This document shows, piece by piece, positions 57,310-64,000 of a DNA stretch of 64,000 nt. How positions within the stretch are numbered: position 1 is the stretch's first letter; the number at the start of each line of letters is the position of its first letter. Both the position numbers and the translations under genes were made by a program. The stretch is from Schlesneria paludicola DSM 18645. GTDB taxonomy: Bacteria; Planctomycetota; Planctomycetia; Planctomycetales; Planctomycetaceae. The stretch covers positions 7,176 through 71,175 of the forward strand of contig CAMCMU010000022.1 in assembly GCA_945876035.1 (NCBI GenBank), in the 5' to 3' direction. The notes below the pieces were generated by a model. It was not told the DNA's origin. It made no database searches and worked only from the letters and a program-made list of their open reading frames with translations.

Positions 57310-57399
57310 TGGTGGTTATCGCGACTGGAGAATCAACGCTTTAAGGAACAATCGAAATCGATGAAACGCAGGACGCTATCGAATCTTTTTCAGACGAAA

Positions 57400-58176
57400 T
57401 TAGTCGTTGGCCGTTTTTCCAGAGGCCAGCCGAATTTTTTGCATGCCGACTTCATTTGCGGCATCGATGACGGCGATGACTCCTCGATGCAATGCCGCCG
57501 CATGGGCCGAAAGCAGTAGCTCGGTCTTTTGCTCAGAACGCATTTTGGCTCTCAAGATGTCCGCTATTTTTGAGGGATCCGAAAGTTGTTCATCATCCAC
57601 GAAGAGTACGTTCGACGCATCGATTTTGACGAGAATGGAGGTTCCTTCAAAGTCATTCAGTGTCTGCATTTGCTGTGTCGCTCCTTTCTGGTCGGGATCC
57701 GTCGAGGGCGTTTTGATGGTCTTTTGCATGGCAAATGAAGCGGACACCATGAAGAAAATCAACAGTTGAAACGTCACATCGACCATAGGCGTCAAATCCA
57801 TTTCATCGTCGGAACGTTTCCTTCTGCTGAGCATAAATGTCGAATTCGTGACGTCGGGCAACGTCGCTGCAACGTTATCTCCGTCTTCCCCCGCATCATC
57901 ACACTGAGTTTTGACGCCGACCGCTGCCGAGGAAGAGAACACACCGCCCGACCCAGTCAGTACCGATTGCTCGTCACTCCGTTCGGGATCTAGAGATTGC
58001 CTGTTGCTTCCTGTCGCCTGCAGAACGTTGCTACGCTTGGGCTGCGGCTCAAAAACATCGCCTTGGGGAACGACTATTTTTTCACGGCACTTGGGGCACT
58101 CAACGATTGCTCCTGCCTTACGGCTAGCGATGCTCATCGATTCAGAGCATCTGTGGCAGCGAAACCGAATTGCCAT
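57400..58176 (-). CDS. exbD: ExbD/TolR family protein with N-terminal zinc ribbon
   Basis: N-terminal CHRC-x16-CPKC; low-complexity linker; DLTPMVDVTFQLLIFFMV TM with the conserved Asp; periplasmic ExbD domain (VIAVIDAANEVGMQKI). Confidence 0.9.
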   Translation of the reverse strand: MAIRFRCHRCSESMSIASRKAGAIVECPKCREKIVVPQGDVFEPQPKRSNVLQATGSNRQSLDPERSDEQSVLTGSGGVFSSSAAVGVKTQCDDAGEDGDNVAATLPDVTNSTFMLSRRKRSDDEMDLTPMVDVTFQLLIFFMVSASFAMQKTIKTPSTDPDQKGATQQMQTLNDFEGTSILVKIDASNVLFVDDEQLSDPSKIADILRAKMRSEQKTELLLSAHAAALHRGVIAVIDAANEVGMQKIRLASGKTAND

Positions 58177-58344
58177 GATGGCCTCACAACACGCTCATAA
58201 AACAACCAAAACACAGGTACTGTTCTACAGTGGTCACACGCCGCGTGACAACGATCATCGAGACCGAGATCCTTTTGAAAACATCGGGCCGAGCCAATCA
58301 CCGTTGCTCATTTTCGAAATCATTTCTGTGGAAGAGACTGGCCC

Positions 58345-58809
58345 TTATTCCACCGGCTTGTCTCCGACCCCCATGAAAATCTCGACCCCCTCGACAGACT
58401 TGATTTGTCTCGCCACATCTTCGACCAAGCCGTGCGGCACGTCTCCTTCGGCCTTAATGACAACTTGAAGTCGCCCTTCGCGGACATGACTTTCAATATA
58501 CTGCTTGACCTCATTGAGATTCCCCGCCTGACCTTTGACATCTCCGAGAATAATTTGGGAGGATTCAGAGGAGTTCGCAGGTGCAAGAATGGTCACCACC
58601 GCCGCTCCCGCAGCATCAATTCCAAGGCTGTGCTGAGCCGGTGGAATGTCTATGTCCGGCTCCCCTTGCATTGTGGATGAAACCATAAAAAAGATCAGCA
58701 ACAAAAATGTCACATCGATCATGGGAGTAATATCGAATTCGCCATCGGGCGGCTTGCGCCGACCGCCTATCGAGCCTGTGGCGTCAGAAAAAAGATTGCG
58801 ATTTGCCAT
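58345..58809 (-). CDS. exbD: ExbD/TolR family protein
   Basis: FDITPMIDVTFLLLIFFMVSS; VVIKAEGDVPHGLVEDV. Confidence 0.92.
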   Translation of the reverse strand: MANRNLFSDATGSIGGRRKPPDGEFDITPMIDVTFLLLIFFMVSSTMQGEPDIDIPPAQHSLGIDAAGAAVVTILAPANSSESSQIILGDVKGQAGNLNEVKQYIESHVREGRLQVVIKAEGDVPHGLVEDVARQIKSVEGVEIFMGVGDKPVE

Positions 58810-58854
58810 GCACTTGCTGCATCCAAAAGGTCGCGGACGTGTCCTTGAATGGTC

Positions 58855-59517
58855 TTATATTTTTTTGCGGGGCGCTGTCGCCAGTTCCAGTTCGTCCAAG
58901 ACTCGACCAATTTGGTGTTGAACAGCATCCGTAAGGCGTCCGATTCCGGCGGACATTGATGCCATACACATCACCAACGGAATCGCGATCATCAGTCCGA
59001 CAGCAGTCGTGATTAAAGCAAAACTGATGTCGGTAGCGAGTTTCGCGGGATCGACGCCTGTTCGTTGACTCCCCGCGATCTTGCCGAAGGCGGCAATCAT
59101 TCCGAGGACTGTTCCTTGGAGACCGAGCATGGGAGCCGTCTTGACCACAGTGTTGACCCACGACATCTGGTAGTCGAGTTCCGCCAACACTTCCCGTTCA
59201 AATGTCTCGCCCAGCAACTGCCGCAATTTTCCAATCGGCTGATCGCGATTGGAAATCGCGATCAGAGACAACTGAGGGACCGCCTTCGACCAGTACGGCG
59301 GAGAATCACACAATTGAACGACCGAATCGAAGTCTCGTGCCTGCAATCGCTCACGGACTTGGTTGACGAAATCATCAGCGACCGCTTGCGACCGAAAACG
59401 CTTCTGGTCGATACGCCGAAAAATTAAAATGGTGAGGAACAATCCATAGATCGCGGCGATCCCTTGCAGGGGATAGATCAGATTGCTCATGAAATCGACC
59501 ATCGCGGTCATATCCAT
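58855..59517 (-). CDS. exbB: MotA/TolQ/ExbB proton channel protein
   Basis: TAPMLGLQGTVLGMIAAF and ALITTAVGLMIAIP helices; GAGG RBS before ATG 59517. Confidence 0.92.
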   Translation of the reverse strand: MDMTAMVDFMSNLIYPLQGIAAIYGLFLTILIFRRIDQKRFRSQAVADDFVNQVRERLQARDFDSVVQLCDSPPYWSKAVPQLSLIAISNRDQPIGKLRQLLGETFEREVLAELDYQMSWVNTVVKTAPMLGLQGTVLGMIAAFGKIAGSQRTGVDPAKLATDISFALITTAVGLMIAIPLVMCMASMSAGIGRLTDAVQHQIGRVLDELELATAPRKKI

Positions 59518-59734
59518 GACGAGGTACCTCAAGCGGATAAGAGGACGAGCAAATAGCAAATCTCAATGCGTTCGACGCGACTCCAATCTGCTCGGCGGAA
59601 GATTAGCATCTCGACGAGCAATTTTCTATCGAGCAACAGTGCAGCCTGTGTTCCCCGTGGATCGGTAAAATAGCGTATTGCACTGGCCAGATTCGGTCGA
59701 TGACGCGCCGATAATCGAATGACGTTGCGGGAAT

Positions 59735-62380
59735 TCAGTGATCCGGCTCGATCATTAATGGTGTTTGCTTTTGGAGCAGGTTGTCTTTTAATTCGTTGGA
59801 CTGTGTCTTGATGTAGGTAAACAATTCCACGGGTGTCAGATGGAGGTCTCGGTCGATGTCCGCGCCCCCTTGAAGGGCATTGGCGAAGCACCAAGCGAAC
59901 AACCCGTGTTCCTTTTCGGCCAAGTAGCGGCTTTGCTGACCGCTGTCAGTAGCCGTGATGACGGCCGTCGAAAGAAACGGGTTGTGGATCTTCGGAATCA
60001 GGGCCGCCCCAGCCGATTGCCGTTGCGCGTCCTTCCCTTGGATCGCTGGCGTGACGTCAAGAAGTAATAATTTGTCTAAAGAAGCACATTCATTGAGTTT
60101 AGCCGCGAGCCAATCGAGTGAAATTCCCGTCACGGCCATCTTGGAAAACTCGAAATCTTTCGGGGCCAAATAGACCTTGTCGTCGTCGCCTCGATAGGCA
60201 TGCCCAACAACATAAATCAGCACCTGCGTCTGTGGCTCAGCACTGCTGAGAGTCTCCACGAACTGACGCTCCCATTCCTTTTTTGTGCCATCCAGAAGCA
60301 ATGCCCCACGTGATTCCGACACCGCGTAATAAGAGATCAATGCCTCCTGAACCAGTCGAGCATCGTTGAGCGCCGAGGTCAGCGGTGACAGCGTCCGATC
60401 CAAATACCCCTGAGTCCCCAGAACAATTGTCCAGCGATCTGTTTGAACGGGTCTTCGAGCATCGATTGACAGAACATTCAAGTCGCCATTGGCCGCGGTG
60501 GAATAGGTCGCATGAATGTTGTCAAACCTTCGTAAATCAATCAATCTCACGCGTTTGAATGCGAGAGTTATATCACTCTGATCATTGACGACCAAGACTT
60601 TGCTGTCCCCGTTTGCGAGACGTATGGTGACACTGTTTTCTTGATCGCTGATAGCATGGACGGTGCCCTCGATGTTCCTATTCCGAGTCGCCACAATATC
60701 CACGATTTCGGTGTCATGTGTGACCGAAACTCTGTCGCCGGATTGCAGAACCGCCGCTGTGAGTGGCGGTTGCTCCCGCCCTTCGTCAACGTTGAGCTGA
60801 ACTTTGCAATTGGCAGCAACGGACAAACTGAATGTCTTGGAAGACGATTTCTGGCCGACCTGAATCACCAAACGGGAGTGATCGGCGTCATAGCTTTGGA
60901 CGATTCCCACAAACGTCATCGTGCGTCGAGCCGCCAGCGCGTTGAGAACTCGACCTTTCCCCGCTCCAGGCTCTTTCAGATGCGTTATTTCCAAGCGATC
61001 ACCTCGTTGCAGATCGTGCAAGGAGACCGCAGAACCGTTGAGCAACAGTCGGGCCGCAGCGGGAACTCGAATCGGAAGATCGTCACGGAAGATTCCTTCT
61101 TCCATCGACAACACAAGACGTGACTCGGGTAAGGACAATTCGCGAAGAATTCCGCGTGTTAGAACGGGGCGATCCACGACCATACTCACAACTAAATCCC
61201 GTTCCACACGGTCAAGTTCCAGCTCGACGTGATCCCCTTCCAAAAGATCACGGAGCAAAATATTTTTTTTGTCGTTCAGCAGAAAAATCTTTTGCTGACG
61301 CGGAAGCCGGAATTGTTCGAGAGATCCCGTGTTCAGATCCTGGACAACCAATTCGTTTCGGTCGTTGGCAACGTCTCGGATTGCTCCATAGGTTTTGAGA
61401 GCCGGATCGGCTTGCGGTTTGCTGTTAGGAACCATCAAAACCGCTGCACAGCTCAGCAGCGATAGCAACAGAGCGGCAATGGCGACAAGTCGTTTTCGTC
61501 CTTTGCGATTTTCGGCAGCCACATCTTCGGCTTCCGATTCGTTCGGAGCACCAATCAACCGGATATCAATTTGCAAATCCGAGAGCGCTTCATCAGCCGA
61601 ACGGTAACGCAGCGAGGGATCCTTCTGCGTGAGTTTCTGAACGACATGCGCCATGTCCGAAGGGACTCCCTGAAGGACGCGGCCAATTTCTGGTAGGCGC
61701 CGATCGGGTGCCGCATGCCACATCATCCAGGCAATCTGCTGGTTGCGTCCGTGGGCATTGAGTCCGGGAAACAGTCCTTCAAAATATTCTCCACACATTA
61801 AGTCGTAGGCGGAAAACCCGAGGGAATAAAGATCACTCTGCGGCCCGACTTCTCCGAAGTCATTGGAAACCGTTTCTGGAGCCATGTACTTCGTAGTCCC
61901 CTTCAACAGACTCCCCTCGGCATTGTTGGCCCGTCGAGCCAGCCCGAAGTCACCAAGCTTGACTCGGCGTCGAGCATCGATCATCAGATTACTGGGCTTG
62001 ATGTCTCCATGAATAATCCCATGGGAATGAAGATATTTCAGGGCTCGCAGGACATGTGCCAGAGTGGCTCGCAGAGCCCTTAAATCAACCTGCCGCCCGG
62101 AAAGCCGTGCCGTCAGATTGCTTTGCATCAACTCCATAACCAGCCAACCTCGATCGCGCACAATGTCAAAAATCGTGACGATATTCGGATGCTGAAGTGA
62201 GGCCAGTAGTTGAGCTTCCCGCCAGAATCGATCGAGTTGCCCCGGATCCGCCAAAAATTCCGAATGAAGTTGCTTAATGGCGACCTCACGCCCGAGTTCG
62301 GTGTCTCTTGCACGATAGACGGTAGCGAAACTCCCCGCACCAATTTTTTCCAAAATTTGGTATCGCGTCTCAATGCTCAC
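59735..62380 (-). CDS. Receptor Ser/Thr kinase with four OB-like repeats and a C-terminal caspase-like (peptidase C14) domain
   Basis: IGAGSFATV, VAIK, HGDIKPSN, DFG, GTTKYMAPE; TM LVAIAALLLSLLSCAAVLMV; four L..GD.V repeats; caspase fold (WTIVLG..Y, NDARLV, YVVGHA, LLLLDVT, HGLF...LQGGAD). Confidence 0.92.
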   Translation of the reverse strand: MSIETRYQILEKIGAGSFATVYRARDTELGREVAIKQLHSEFLADPGQLDRFWREAQLLASLQHPNIVTIFDIVRDRGWLVMELMQSNLTARLSGRQVDLRALRATLAHVLRALKYLHSHGIIHGDIKPSNLMIDARRRVKLGDFGLARRANNAEGSLLKGTTKYMAPETVSNDFGEVGPQSDLYSLGFSAYDLMCGEYFEGLFPGLNAHGRNQQIAWMMWHAAPDRRLPEIGRVLQGVPSDMAHVVQKLTQKDPSLRYRSADEALSDLQIDIRLIGAPNESEAEDVAAENRKGRKRLVAIAALLLSLLSCAAVLMVPNSKPQADPALKTYGAIRDVANDRNELVVQDLNTGSLEQFRLPRQQKIFLLNDKKNILLRDLLEGDHVELELDRVERDLVVSMVVDRPVLTRGILRELSLPESRLVLSMEEGIFRDDLPIRVPAAARLLLNGSAVSLHDLQRGDRLEITHLKEPGAGKGRVLNALAARRTMTFVGIVQSYDADHSRLVIQVGQKSSSKTFSLSVAANCKVQLNVDEGREQPPLTAAVLQSGDRVSVTHDTEIVDIVATRNRNIEGTVHAISDQENSVTIRLANGDSKVLVVNDQSDITLAFKRVRLIDLRRFDNIHATYSTAANGDLNVLSIDARRPVQTDRWTIVLGTQGYLDRTLSPLTSALNDARLVQEALISYYAVSESRGALLLDGTKKEWERQFVETLSSAEPQTQVLIYVVGHAYRGDDDKVYLAPKDFEFSKMAVTGISLDWLAAKLNECASLDKLLLLDVTPAIQGKDAQRQSAGAALIPKIHNPFLSTAVITATDSGQQSRYLAEKEHGLFAWCFANALQGGADIDRDLHLTPVELFTYIKTQSNELKDNLLQKQTPLMIEPDH

Positions 62381-62767
62381 GATCCGTTACTCACAAGGGC
62401 CGACAAAATTGAGTTGGTAGGAACGGATGCAGGATGAGCGATTGAGTCTTCGGGATCAAGTAACCCGCTCAAGAAGTGCGATGCGCTTTCGAGTTTTCAA
62501 AATATTTCGGGCGGGACTCGCGAGACCGCTCCAATGGCCACGGTTCTAATCGACCTCAGTCCCCAATCACGTCCTTGGCTCAGCGGGATGTGTGGCGTGG
62601 AGCATCGTTTTCAAATTTATAAAGCTATACTTGCGAATGGAGAGCGTTTAGTCTTGTCTTTATTCAGCAGTCAAAGCGGCCACTCTGTCCGCCGTTCGTT
62701 GCACAAAGTACTGTATGCCATTGACGGCCCCGCTTTCGATGCTTCGTGTCATCCCCAGAGACCGATC

Positions 62768-63793
62768 ATGACTGACAAATTGCGTTTGGCAATACTTGAA
62801 CTCCTTGAGGGACGCAGCTTAAGCGTCGATTTGATGCACTCGGCCATCGGTGAGATCATGGATGGAAGATCGACCGAAGTGGAAATCGCGTCACTCTTAA
62901 CCGCCCTGCGTTGTCGCGGTGAATCGGTGAACGAGCTTGTCGGCGCGGCACAAGCCATGCGAGAGCGAGCGACCTCAATTCCGTGTCGAACAATCAATCT
63001 GCTCGATACCTGTGGGACCGGTGGCGATTCTCTTCACACGTTCAACATCAGTACCGGCGCGGCTTTGGTGGCAGCGGCTGCCGGACAACCGGTGGCGAAA
63101 CACGGAAATCGAAGCGTCTCGAGTAGTACTGGTTCCGCCGATGTCTTGGAAGCTCTGGGAGTGAATCTTCAGCTGACACCCAATCACATTGCCAATTGCA
63201 TTGATACCGTTGGCATTGGATTTTGCTTCGCGCCCCTGTTACACGGAGCGATGAAATACGCCGCTCCCGTCCGAAAACAACTCGGAATTCGTACCATCTT
63301 TAACCTGCTTGGCCCACTGACGAATCCAGCCCAGGCCAGCTTTCAGCTTGTGGGAGCCAGTCGTGTTTCCTCAGCGGAATTGTTGGCACAGGCGCTTCAC
63401 AAACTGGGGACCCAACGCGCTCTCGTTGTGTGCGGCAATGACGAGCTCGATGAGGTCAGCTTGTGGGGAGTCACAACGGTATTTGAGGTTTCTTGTGAGG
63501 GGGTTCAGTGCCAAACGTGGACCGCCTCGGAGTTGGGCTTGGACCCCTGCCGTGTCGAGGATTTGCAGGTTTCCAATGCCGCTGAAAGCGCCGCAATCCT
63601 GCGCAATGTCTTCGCCGGAGCGAAGGGCCCAACTCGTGACATCTTGGTGGCCAATGCGGCGGCAGCGTTACTTGCCGCAAACCGCGCCGAATCTATTCGG
63701 ACTGCCATTCCGCTGGCGGCGGCAGCGATTGATACCGGGCGAGCCGCTCGATTGTGCGAGTGGCTGATCAAATTCACACGAGAGAGAGCCTAA
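62768..63793 (+). CDS. trpD: Anthranilate phosphoribosyltransferase
   Basis: DTCGTGGD; FNISTG; VAKHGNRSVSSSTGSADVLEALG; GFCFAP; RTIFNLLGPLTNPA; LDEVS. Start at ATG 62768. Confidence 0.96.
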   Translation: MTDKLRLAILELLEGRSLSVDLMHSAIGEIMDGRSTEVEIASLLTALRCRGESVNELVGAAQAMRERATSIPCRTINLLDTCGTGGDSLHTFNISTGAALVAAAAGQPVAKHGNRSVSSSTGSADVLEALGVNLQLTPNHIANCIDTVGIGFCFAPLLHGAMKYAAPVRKQLGIRTIFNLLGPLTNPAQASFQLVGASRVSSAELLAQALHKLGTQRALVVCGNDELDEVSLWGVTTVFEVSCEGVQCQTWTASELGLDPCRVEDLQVSNAAESAAILRNVFAGAKGPTRDILVANAAAALLAANRAESIRTAIPLAAAAIDTGRAARLCEWLIKFTRERA

Positions 63794-64000
63794 TTCATTG
63801 ACTGTAAACGCGATACACCCGATCGAAGCTCGAATCACTCCGCCTGACGTTTGCTTGTCGCAGTTTCTTGGCCAGTGGCTTTGTCCATCGATGGAGGACT
63901 GTCGGTCTAACGCGGAGATTCAGAGTGTGTCTGTTCTCAACGCGTGATCCATGCGTGAGCATCGGGCCAAGGCCGATATCCTTGAGCGGGGACATCCTCA

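Noticed and set aside
62534-62767. N-terminal extension of the trpD ORF
   Set aside because: TrpD homology begins at MTDKL (62768). I saw no Trp-codon leader peptide or attenuator.
63795-64000. 66-aa minus-strand ORF at the window edge
   Set aside because: Probably the 3' end of a gene continuing beyond the window; the frame and identity cannot be determined.
1-64000. Transposases, integrases, prophage genes, rRNA/tRNA, known riboswitches
   Set aside because: No diagnostic motifs found by eye on either strand; a covariance-model scan was not possible.

Overview
Gene-dense, moderately GC-rich bacterial window that is almost certainly from a planctomycete (Planctomycetaceae-like). The basis is a PSCyt/DUF1549/DUF1553 + DUF1501 pair, three Hanks-type Ser/Thr kinases, giant PQQ-propeller/TPR and YCF48 proteins, and Tat substrates. 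About 39 CDSs are supported, plus one frameshifted LOG-family pseudogene. I recognised no tRNA, rRNA, CRISPR array or mobile element. The most interesting region is a ~13 kb minus-strand run (49199-62380): receptor Ser/Thr kinase with four OB-like repeats and a caspase-like domain whose catalytic Cys is replaced by Thr, then ExbB, ExbD, zinc-ribbon-ExbD, an FHA/TM/TPR/beta-propeller protein, a TPR/family-5 solute-binding protein and a secreted unknown. It has no TonB, TonB-dependent receptor, TolA/TolB/Pal or ABC permease, so it looks like a kinase-linked, proton-motive-force-driven envelope machine. Second is a dCache-sensor Ser/Thr kinase overlapping an FHA-GAF-class III nucleotide cyclase whose adenine-specifying Lys is replaced by Asp (29011-32998). 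Also notable are a candidate ~160-nt structured ncRNA (6S-like, 5626-5786, minus strand) and a probably leaderless MarR gene upstream of an orphan flavin-dependent halogenase. All family assignments come from motif recognition by eye; no database searches were run.
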